Below are positions 27,941-35,176 of a stretch of DNA of 35,176 nt, piece by piece. The stretch is from IMG/VR virus record IMGVR_UViG_3300008964_000232, positions 1 through 35,176 of that record. One strand, given 5' to 3'. Source of the stretch: a virus. Taxonomy: Duplodnaviria > Caudoviricetes. The notes beneath the pieces were generated by a model. The model saw nothing but the letters and a program-made list of their open reading frames with translations. It ran no database searches and was not told the DNA's origin. Position numbers and translations under genes: made by a program. Positions within the stretch are counted from its first letter, which is position 1, and the number at the start of each line of letters is the position of its first letter.

Positions 27941-29025
27941 ACGTAGGCAAAATTGATAGAACAATTATGAAAGCCCTAGACATGGTTGAGAAGTTAGAAA
28001 AACTTTTCGCTAACAACGGTGCTTTTGAAAACGCAGTCATGGAAATAGACGGCGACATCAGCTACTTTGGCGATGTAAGAAAAAAGTTAGCACAACTATA
28101 TGTAGACATTGAAGACCTACATATGGGTGCAGTAGGACACAACATGGATGAGAGTGTAACAGAGAGTGTTAAGCTAACAGAAGGTGTATTGGACGGCGAT
28201 GATGAAGATGGGTTTATGGCTCGCAGTCAACTATACTTCCTGGCAAAAGATGCTATCAGCCTACACGGCATGATTAGCGATCGTGATAATCTAGAACCAT
28301 GGGTGCAGTCAAAGATTACCACAGCAGCAAATGATATGGAAGCAGTTCGTCGTTATACTGAATACAATAAATCACAAGCAGACAGTCAACTACCAGTACC
28401 AGTTGAACAGCCAGCTGAGCCAGAGATGGACGTAGAAGAAGGTTGGGAAACACTTCCAGCAGTTGATGCAGACCGTTATGGTGAGCGGCCTGGTCTAGAA
28501 GGTCCATTTCAAACACGTGTTGGCAAAGTAGTATACTACGATCCAAAAGCTGGCAAGTATTATGACCCAGACAGTGATCACTATCTAGAGTATGATGAAT
28601 GGCGTCAGCTAGACATGCCAGATACTCCACTGCGTAATGAATCTGTCGCAGAATCAAAAGAACGTCCTTACGTTTGCGTTCATGCTAAAAAAGGCAAGCA
28701 TAGTTGCACAGCAGGATCATCATACGAAGCAGCGCAAAAAGCAGCTAAAGCATGGGGTCTAAAATCAACAGCAGGTATCGACGCACACTTAGCGGATGTT
28801 GAAAAAGTGGCAGAAGGCAAGAAAAAGCAAATCGATCGCAACGGCGATGGCAAAAACGATTGGGAAGATGTAAAACTTGCTCGTAAGGCAGCAGCCGCAA
28901 AAGCACAAAAGAAACCAGTTGAAGAAGGCATGAACTTTGATGATAATCGTGATGGCGATCTAAAGCAGACAGCCGCTGATATGTTTTCACATGCTAAAAA
29001 AGCAGCAGCTAAGAAGGTGAAATAA
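27937..29025 (+). CDS. modular putative head polyprotein
   Basis: MDE-SVTE-SVKLTE, VEE and VAE linkers; YYDP-x4-YYDP module; EF-hand-like DRNGDGKNDWED. Confidence 0.7.
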   Translation: MNVGKIDRTIMKALDMVEKLEKLFANNGAFENAVMEIDGDISYFGDVRKKLAQLYVDIEDLHMGAVGHNMDESVTESVKLTEGVLDGDDEDGFMARSQLYFLAKDAISLHGMISDRDNLEPWVQSKITTAANDMEAVRRYTEYNKSQADSQLPVPVEQPAEPEMDVEEGWETLPAVDADRYGERPGLEGPFQTRVGKVVYYDPKAGKYYDPDSDHYLEYDEWRQLDMPDTPLRNESVAESKERPYVCVHAKKGKHSCTAGSSYEAAQKAAKAWGLKSTAGIDAHLADVEKVAEGKKKQIDRNGDGKNDWEDVKLARKAAAAKAQKKPVEEGMNFDDNRDGDLKQTAADMFSHAKKAAAKKVK

Positions 29026-29026
29026 G

Positions 29027-30622
29027 ATGCGTTTTGATAATATTAATGAGGGCGTAGCAAAAATTGCTTGCACAAAGTGTGACGAGGTTTCAACTGCAAA
29101 GGCATGGGAAAAGAACAATGGGTTTTGTCCTAAGTGCAAGACATCTTCTCAAGGTGTTGCTGAATCAACAATTGTTGAAGTTTCAAACGCAGTAAAGGAT
29201 CAGTTGGGCAACATCGACTTGTCAATTCGTGATTGGACAAGACGTTGGAAAAATAAGAGTGCTGGCAATCCAAACGATATGAAAGCACCTCAGAAAATCC
29301 AGGATCTGAAAGCTCAAAAAGCTGCGCTCATGAAAAAGCATGGCATCAGTGAAGATGTTAAACGTATGGCAGGCAATCAGCAATTGTATCCACAGCAAGG
29401 TATAACAGAAGCAAAACTTTCAACAGAACAACGAGACAGACTTGATGATTTAATAGATGAGCTTCGTTATCTAACTATGCCCTACATTGATTGGGATGAC
29501 TTTGATAATGTAGAAGCTGCGCGTAAAGTTATAGATACTATTCGTAGTGAGTTTGGCGACAAGATTGCAGCTGAAATTGAAAAAGGATCAGAAGAAATTT
29601 GGCATGGTTATAGACCTAATGTTAGACAAGGATACGATAAACTAGATAATAAGAAAAGCACTAGAGTTACCAAGTCAGGCAAAGCCAACAAAGCAGATAT
29701 CAGCGCACTAAAAAGTCAAATTAAAAGACATAGAGGTTACTCAAAAGATCCAAGCAGACTGCCAGAATCTGACAATGTACAAGAATCACTGACACTAGAC
29801 TATTCACGTTATATGCGTTCACATGGTAAAAAGCCACGCCCTGGTTCAGGGGTGTGGATGTTTACAACAAAAGACATGGGTGAACCAGACGAAAAAGAGA
29901 TTTTCCAATTCCAAGGCAACTTGGCTGACGCAAAACGTGCAGCGGCCAAATGGGCAAAAAGCCAAGGTGCATATCGTTTTTACGTAATGGAAAAAACCGT
30001 TACTGAAGATGACTGCCAGTGTGCAAATGGAGAAACAACACGAGATCAACTGCTAGATATGTTAGAAAATGCTATGATCAGTATTGAGCAGGATCTAGAA
30101 AGCGGCAAGCTAATGGATGCACACCAGCTAGCATTGGGTGAGCAATATTTGGTATATGAAGCACTGTATAACAAAATTAGCAGTGGCGCTGATTTAGGCG
30201 AAAGTGCAAATCAAAAACTAGACGAGATTGATTGGGGTACTGTTGCTAACGTTGGTATGACAGTGGCACCACTGCTACTAGGTCCAGTTGGTATTGGCGG
30301 CGCACTTGCGGGAATGGCTGGCCGTGCAGCACTTGGCGCACTAGCACGTCGCGGCGGTATGGCGCTTGCAAAGCGTGGACTACAAAAGGTAGCACCAAAC
30401 CTAATGCAGCGTTTGGGACAGACAAAAGCTGGTCGTGCTGCAACTACAGCAGGCGGACAAGCCGCAGTAGGTGTATTAAATCCAGCAGCGGATGGTCCAG
30501 ATGTAGATCGTCCAGATTCAAACGCTGCCGCAGGGCAGGATTTACTGGGCCTAGCGGCGAAGTCAGGTTTAAGTTCAACAGACTTGGAACTTGTAAAAAA
30601 AGCAGTAGCAGCTCGCAAGTAA
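29027..30622 (+). CDS. modular putative head polyprotein
   Basis: MRFDNINE leader; CxxC-x14-CxxC zinc ribbon; VAE, IVE, ISE, ITE, VQE, VTE, LDE linkers; Gly/Ala-rich hydrophobic C-terminal module. Confidence 0.7.
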   Translation: MRFDNINEGVAKIACTKCDEVSTAKAWEKNNGFCPKCKTSSQGVAESTIVEVSNAVKDQLGNIDLSIRDWTRRWKNKSAGNPNDMKAPQKIQDLKAQKAALMKKHGISEDVKRMAGNQQLYPQQGITEAKLSTEQRDRLDDLIDELRYLTMPYIDWDDFDNVEAARKVIDTIRSEFGDKIAAEIEKGSEEIWHGYRPNVRQGYDKLDNKKSTRVTKSGKANKADISALKSQIKRHRGYSKDPSRLPESDNVQESLTLDYSRYMRSHGKKPRPGSGVWMFTTKDMGEPDEKEIFQFQGNLADAKRAAAKWAKSQGAYRFYVMEKTVTEDDCQCANGETTRDQLLDMLENAMISIEQDLESGKLMDAHQLALGEQYLVYEALYNKISSGADLGESANQKLDEIDWGTVANVGMTVAPLLLGPVGIGGALAGMAGRAALGALARRGGMALAKRGLQKVAPNLMQRLGQTKAGRAATTAGGQAAVGVLNPAADGPDVDRPDSNAAAGQDLLGLAAKSGLSSTDLELVKKAVAARK

Positions 30623-30645
30623 AGATAAATTTTAAAAGATACATC

Positions 30646-30671
30646 AGGGGGGCCTATTGGTCCCCCTTTTT
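30646..30671 (+). terminator. Rho-independent terminator
   Basis: AGGGGGGCC-TATT-GGTCCCCCT-TTTT. Confidence 0.85.
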
Positions 30672-30711
30672 ATTAGGATTACTAAATATCCGAAAGAAGG
30701 GGTATTAAAGT

Positions 30712-30975
30712 ATGTCCTATTGCAAAAATTGTGGCCATCCAAGTCACTGTGGAATTCCATTATACAGTGAAAATCATTTTAGTTTAAAAGACGAAATCCA
30801 GCAAGGTATAAAACTATGCGACAGTTGTAGCTGTGAAGAATGTTGTAAGCATAAATGTTCTAAATGTAAAGAAAATAAAGTGTGCAGTCAATTTGATTAC
30901 AGAGACTACTGGGGCAAGTTGCGAGGTCAGATGTGGATTTGCAAGGATTGCCAAGATGACATTAGCCAGCACTGA
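30712..30975 (+). CDS. Cys-rich putative metal-binding protein
   Basis: CKNCGHPSHC, CDSCSCEECCKHKCSKC, CKDC; TAAATA at 30683-30688. Confidence 0.65.
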   Translation: MSYCKNCGHPSHCGIPLYSENHFSLKDEIQQGIKLCDSCSCEECCKHKCSKCKENKVCSQFDYRDYWGKLRGQMWICKDCQDDISQH

Positions 30976-31561
30976 AGACGATGTATGGAAAAACATAGAT
31001 CCAGATGATATCTGGATTCTTGACAAACTTATACTTAGTCGTAAATTAGGATACAACTGTGGACCAATTGGATTAGATGTTCCGTACTCAGGGTATTACA
31101 TTGTACGTCCATGCGTTAATATGCTAGGGCTAGGGTTAGGCGCAAAGAAAATGTGGCTTGAAAAAGACACTTGCGATTTGCCCTACGGTTACTTTTGGTG
31201 CGAGTGGTTTACAGGATTTCATCACAGTGTAGATTATTACAACGGCACACAGATACTGTGTGTTCAAGGTAATAAACCCGAAGACACATTCATAAAATGG
31301 AGTGAATGGATAAGATCTGATAAAAGATTTAAGTTTCCAACCTTTTTAAATAGTTTAATTGAACGGCACCCATGGATTAATTGTGAGTTTATTGGTGACA
31401 AATTAATTGAAGTACACTTTAGGCGCAATGAAGATTTTGATGGCAATACAAATCATTTTATTCCGGTCTGGGAAGGACAAGATACTACTCCGCCCCCAGG
31501 ATACAAGTATCGAGAATACCCAGACGTACACGGCAGAATCGGCGCATTTGTCAACAAATAG
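30956..31561 (+). CDS. ATP-grasp-like protein
   Basis: Start moved to ATG 30956 (AAGGA SD); IVRPCVNMLGLGLG, WCEWFTG...SVD, INCEF...LIEVHFR. Confidence 0.6.
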   Translation: MTLASTEDDVWKNIDPDDIWILDKLILSRKLGYNCGPIGLDVPYSGYYIVRPCVNMLGLGLGAKKMWLEKDTCDLPYGYFWCEWFTGFHHSVDYYNGTQILCVQGNKPEDTFIKWSEWIRSDKRFKFPTFLNSLIERHPWINCEFIGDKLIEVHFRRNEDFDGNTNHFIPVWEGQDTTPPPGYKYREYPDVHGRIGAFVNK

Positions 31562-31598
31562 ATAAAATAGCATAAATAGTGGTAAGGAGATCTTTACA

Positions 31599-32030
31599 AT
31601 GAGTGATATGAGAAAATGGATTGATGCTGTCAATGAAAAGAAGGATGATCCATGCTGGGACGGTTATCGTCAGCTGGGTATGAAGAAAAAAGGCGGCAAA
31701 AAAGTCCCAAACTGTATTCCTGAAGATGTTGAAGAGTTTACACTAGAAGAAGCTGAGGAAATCTTTGGCGATCTAGATGAGACACTAACTGAAGCAGAAT
31801 ATCAGGGACGCACTGTTAAACTAAACAAGCCTATGCAGGGCGATGTAAAGAAATTCAAAGTATACGTAAAGAATGAAAAGGGCAACGTAGTTAAAGTTAA
31901 CTTCGGTGATCCTGACATGCGTATTAAAAAATCAAATCCAGCACGCCGCAAGAGTTTCCGTGCGAGACACAACTGTGACAATCCTGGACCAAAGACCAAA
32001 GCACGTTACTGGAGTTGCAGGGCCTGGTAA
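31599..32030 (+). CDS. two-module putative head protein (PCWxGY module + DUF6321-like domain)
   Basis: ATAAATA 31572-31578, AAGGAG SD; DPCWDGY...VPNC; LTE-AEYQG...VNFGD...RRKSFRARHNC...ARYWSC. Confidence 0.75.
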   Translation: MSDMRKWIDAVNEKKDDPCWDGYRQLGMKKKGGKKVPNCIPEDVEEFTLEEAEEIFGDLDETLTEAEYQGRTVKLNKPMQGDVKKFKVYVKNEKGNVVKVNFGDPDMRIKKSNPARRKSFRARHNCDNPGPKTKARYWSCRAW

Positions 32031-32031
32031 T

Positions 32032-32268
32032 ATGAAAATTAGTGAAATTACTTCTTGCTGTGACGATTGTGTCAATGAAGCCGTTGGATTAATGTTTAAA
32101 GGTTATCCATGTACAAAAGACTGTGGCGGTCACAAGGCAGGCTTCCGCTATGCGGCACTTAAAATGCCCAATAGAACACAAGCTGACTGGCAAAGAATAA
32201 TGAGCGGAATAGGAACAGCGCACAATAGCTTCTGGGAAGGCGCTAAATCTTTCCTAGAAGGAAGATAA
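32032..32268 (+). CDS. small putative head protein (MKISEI leader)
   Basis: Start moved to 32032, just after the upstream stop; VNE site; CTKDCGGHKAG...SFWEG. Confidence 0.7.
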   Translation: MKISEITSCCDDCVNEAVGLMFKGYPCTKDCGGHKAGFRYAALKMPNRTQADWQRIMSGIGTAHNSFWEGAKSFLEGR

Positions 32269-32283
32269 CAAAGGAATAATATT

Positions 32284-32436
32284 ATGGCAAAAATATCAGG
32301 CGGAGCAGCAACAAAGCGTAAAGCTGCACTACACAAAGGCACGAGCCAGGGTAACACAAACAGCTCACTAAAATTTAGTTCAATGAATAAGAGCAAAAAG
32401 CGTAGCTTCAAAGCATATAGAGGGCAGGGCCGTTAG
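32284..32436 (+). CDS. 50-aa basic protein ending YRGQGR (not in ORF track)
   Basis: AAGGA SD; MAKISGGAATKRKAALHKGTSQGNTNSSLKFSSMNKSKKRSFKAYRGQGR*. Confidence 0.8.
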   Translation: MAKISGGAATKRKAALHKGTSQGNTNSSLKFSSMNKSKKRSFKAYRGQGR

Positions 32437-32445
32437 GCATTCATT

Positions 32446-33273
32446 ATGATCATTAATATTATAGGTTTGCCTAGAACTGGAACCACTGTATTGTATCAGT
32501 CAGTTTTTTCCGGAATAAACAAATGTGATATGTTAGTTAAGCGAGATACATTTTTAGATAGATGGGATGAACCTTGGATATTTAGTAAACAGGATAGAGG
32601 TAATCCTGAATTTATTAAAAATTTGTCATTGAAAATAGATGAAGCAATAGAGTTGGGCACAACTGGCCATTTGGTAATCAAAACACACTATGGACACTTG
32701 TCTGATCTCAAAAAATATGTTCCAGAGTCGTATGAAAAGCTATTATCTGTAGAAACGTACAACATAAAGATATTTAGAGCCAACATATTTGATTCAACGT
32801 TGAGTAATATGATACTTACAAAAGCAAATATAGAAGGACCTGAAAAATTCTTAACCGTTCTAAATTCAGCAATACCAGACATGTCAGAGGAACAGGTCAT
32901 AGAATCTATCAAATCTATATCTTATGAAATCGACGAGGCGGAGTTTTTAAAGTTTTTTGACGGTTATATCTTTTCCCATTGTGAGATGTTGAGAAATCAT
33001 TTAAATTTATCTGTAGATGATTATGTTCTATATGAAAATCTTCCTAAAACAATCAAGGGCATCTGGGAAAGTTTAAAGCTATCATTAGATGACAGATTTA
33101 AATTTGATATAAATGATAGTTTTGATGTGGTAACAAAAAAATCTTTCTACAGTAAAAAAGATCTGATCAAAAATTATGACAATTTACACGCCGCCGTCTC
33201 AAAATATAATGGTGAGTATAGTTCAATGACATTGACTGATGGATTCTGGACTACTAAAGTTGTTGACTTTTGA
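32446..33273 (+). CDS. PAPS-dependent sulfotransferase-like protein, paralog 5
   Basis: 5'-PSB loop IIGLPRTGTT, EP, VIKTH, 3'-PB-like FRANIFDSTLS, LYENL. Confidence 0.7.
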   Translation: MIINIIGLPRTGTTVLYQSVFSGINKCDMLVKRDTFLDRWDEPWIFSKQDRGNPEFIKNLSLKIDEAIELGTTGHLVIKTHYGHLSDLKKYVPESYEKLLSVETYNIKIFRANIFDSTLSNMILTKANIEGPEKFLTVLNSAIPDMSEEQVIESIKSISYEIDEAEFLKFFDGYIFSHCEMLRNHLNLSVDDYVLYENLPKTIKGIWESLKLSLDDRFKFDINDSFDVVTKKSFYSKKDLIKNYDNLHAAVSKYNGEYSSMTLTDGFWTTKVVDF

Positions 33274-33291
33274 TACACATCATTGTATAGT
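33263..33291 (+). promoter_or_regulatory. sigma70 promoter
   Basis: TTGACT, 17 nt, TATAGT. Confidence 0.65.
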
Positions 33292-33336
33292 ATTAGAAGT
33301 TAGTATACTGACTACAGATTGTACCGGAGATTATAT

Positions 33337-33591
33337 ATGACACAATTTTCAGATTCTGATATTAATAAGCTAAAACGACTGGTTACTGAAGGTATCCAAG
33401 TTAAAGAAGAAGTTAAAACACTAAACGAAGGACTGCGCGATACTGTCAAGTCTATCGCAGAAGAGCTTGGCATTAGTCCAAAAGTTCTTAATAAAGCTAT
33501 CGCTATTGCACATAAAGCAGAATTCGACAAGAATCGTGAAGAATTCGAAGAGCTTGAAAGTATCCTTGCGTCAGTGGGCCGTAATCATTAA
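33337..33591 (+). CDS. dsDNA-binding protein, T4 DsbA/GapR-like
   Basis: GGAG SD before ATG 33337; helical LKRLV...IAEELGISPKVLNKAI pattern. Confidence 0.65.
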   Translation: MTQFSDSDINKLKRLVTEGIQVKEEVKTLNEGLRDTVKSIAEELGISPKVLNKAIAIAHKAEFDKNREEFEELESILASVGRNH

Positions 33592-34356
33592 ATGATATTA
33601 AATCCTATTTTTTCAATAGACAACTATCACCAAGAAAAATTTGGCTGCAAGCATCCTAAAATTCAAAGAGGATGGGGCCAGATCTATGATGTTATCTTTA
33701 ACGAGTTAGGTGATAAGATTGATGTTATTACTGAAATAGGTATAGGCAATGCATCATGCCAACTAGCGTGGGCAAGAACATTTCCAGGTAAAAAAATTGT
33801 TGGTATTGATATTGCAAGTCCAAGCATACAGCTATGCGATGAAAACGACAGTTATACAAAGCAATTTACAAATGCTATGAACGGGGTATATAATTTGCAC
33901 AGATTACCTATGAAAGAGATTTGCAATATTGACCTTTATTATAATAAAAATGCTTATGAAATGGACGTTGCTAATCAATATCTAGAAATTTATGGAAAAC
34001 AAATTTTTTTCATCAATGATGGTAAACAAGACGGAATAGCACACCACAAATTTAAAGAGTCTTGGAGTCCACTACTACTACCAGGGGGAGTTCTTCTTCA
34101 AGAACGTATAGCCCGTAAAGGATACGATGGCATCAGAATAAATCAGATGAGAAAAGCAGTCCAGGGAGAATGGCTAGTGTATGATTGTAGAGAATATGTA
34201 CAATTTGAAAACCCAAATGCTAATGGATTTTTAGGAATTTGGTCACGCAGCCCTGATTTCTGGATAAATGTTTTAAAAGACTTCAAACGTGTGACGGATC
34301 CCGAATCACAAATTGAACCCAAATACCAACTTCCAGATGACGATAACATATTATAA
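33592..34356 (+). CDS. class I SAM-dependent methyltransferase-like protein
   Basis: TEIGIGNAS (motif I), IVGIDI (II), FINDG, LLPGGVL. Confidence 0.7.
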   Translation: MILNPIFSIDNYHQEKFGCKHPKIQRGWGQIYDVIFNELGDKIDVITEIGIGNASCQLAWARTFPGKKIVGIDIASPSIQLCDENDSYTKQFTNAMNGVYNLHRLPMKEICNIDLYYNKNAYEMDVANQYLEIYGKQIFFINDGKQDGIAHHKFKESWSPLLLPGGVLLQERIARKGYDGIRINQMRKAVQGEWLVYDCREYVQFENPNANGFLGIWSRSPDFWINVLKDFKRVTDPESQIEPKYQLPDDDNIL

Positions 34357-34385
34357 TAGACATATCTGTAGTGACGTGTTATATT
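34357..34385 (+). promoter_or_regulatory. sigma70-like promoter for the DNA polymerase
   Basis: TAGACA, 17 nt, TGtTATATT. Confidence 0.55.
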
Positions 34386-34405
34386 ATAAAAAATAAGGAA
34401 AATTT

Positions 34406-35176
34406 ATGAGTTACGTAGACGGCTTTCTTGATAGGGAAGCTGACAAAATTCACATCGTAGAACGTGTAAACGGCAGGCGCGAATATCGCGAATATCCTGC
34501 ACGTTACACGTTTTATTACCCTGATCCACGCGGTAAGTTTACCAGCATTTTTGGTGACAAGCTAGAGCGTGTAGTATGCAATACTGGCAAGAAGTTTCAA
34601 GCTGAAAAGAAAATCCACGGACACAAAAAGTTATTTGAGAGTGATATCAATCCAGTGTTCCGCTGTTTGGCTGACAACTATATGGATGTGGAAGCCCCAG
34701 AACTACAACTAGCATTTTTCGACATTGAGGTTGACTTTAACAAGGATTTGGGTTTCGCCAATCCAGAAGATCCTTTCAATGCCGTTACTGCTATTGCAGT
34801 ACATCTAAGCTGGCTAAAGCGCACAGTATGTTTAACTATCAAGCCCAAAACACTCACCAAAGAAGCAGCACAGGCTATTGTTGATAAGTTTGACGACACA
34901 ATTCTGTTTGATACTGAGGCCGAACTACTTGAATCGTTTATTTCATTAATTGACGATGCTGACGTACTCAGCGGTTGGAACAGTGAAGGCTTTGATATTC
35001 CATACATTGTTAACCGTATTCAGCGTGTACTAAGTAAAAGTCACACACGGCAGCTATGCCTGTGGGATAAGTTTCCAAAGCCAAAAACAGTTACCAAGTT
35101 TGGTAAAGAAAGCGGCACATATGAACTCATGGGCCGTGTACATTTGGACTATTTGGAACTGTATCGCAAATACACA
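34406..35176 (+). CDS. family B DNA polymerase, N-terminal and 3'-5' exonuclease region, truncated by the window end (not in ORF track)
   Basis: AAGGA SD; MSYVDG...; ExoI FFDIEV; ExoII SGWNSEGFDIPY; GRVHLDYLELYRKY; frame open to the end. Confidence 0.92.
   Translation, partial: MSYVDGFLDREADKIHIVERVNGRREYREYPARYTFYYPDPRGKFTSIFGDKLERVVCNTGKKFQAEKKIHGHKKLFESDINPVFRCLADNYMDVEAPELQLAFFDIEVDFNKDLGFANPEDPFNAVTAIAVHLSWLKRTVCLTIKPKTLTKEAAQAIVDKFDDTILFDTEAELLESFISLIDDADVLSGWNSEGFDIPYIVNRIQRVLSKSHTRQLCLWDKFPKPKTVTKFGKESGTYELMGRVHLDYLELYRKYT

Noticed and set aside
30833-30955. Track N-terminal extensions (30833; likewise 3622, 6058, 10064, 31906, 33319)
   Set aside because: Downstream starts have better SD or stop-start coupling and avoid long overlaps
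2155-34349. Many short antisense or alternate-frame ORFs in the track (e.g. 7182-7499, 12789-13256, 21663-22055, 30211-30618)
   Set aside because: They lie within well-supported genes and have no SD or motifs
34678-35007. 109-aa minus-strand ORF
   Set aside because: Shadow of the plus-strand DNA polymerase
1-35176. Stop-codon reassignment
   Set aside because: Genes tile densely in code 11, and TAA, TAG and TGA all end genes at sensible boundaries

Overview
A 35 kb, almost entirely plus-strand segment of a large T4-like/jumbo myophage genome using the standard code 11. The IF-1 and tRNA-Ile2 sequences suggest an alphaproteobacterial host. In order, it holds: (1) a small-RNA cluster with tRNA-Ile2(CAU), an unusual tRNA-Ser(ACU) and three unassigned structured RNA candidates; (2) a holin candidate and amidase-SH3 endolysin; (3) a 2OG-Fe(II) oxygenase and four paralogous AT-rich putative glycosyltransferases; (4) a gp30.2-like HAD and PhoH; (5) a late operon with IF-1, i/o-spanins, DnaJ and ClpA; (6) a repeat-rich fibre protein, RyR-domain protein, UvsE, metallophosphoesterase and SnoaL-like protein; (7) an ~11 kb block of proteins with MKIxE/D-type leaders and repeated [ILVM]-x-E sites, interpreted as capsid-packaged, protease-processed polyproteins. 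One is a RegB/RelE-like plus ligase-like fusion and one ends in a ParB-like domain. Five AT-rich sulfotransferase-like genes are interleaved in and around this block; (8) a DsbA/GapR-like protein, a methyltransferase and the 5' part of a family B DNA polymerase. T4-type late promoters (TAAATA) and sigma70 promoters recur throughout. All family calls come from motifs read by eye, with no database searches.
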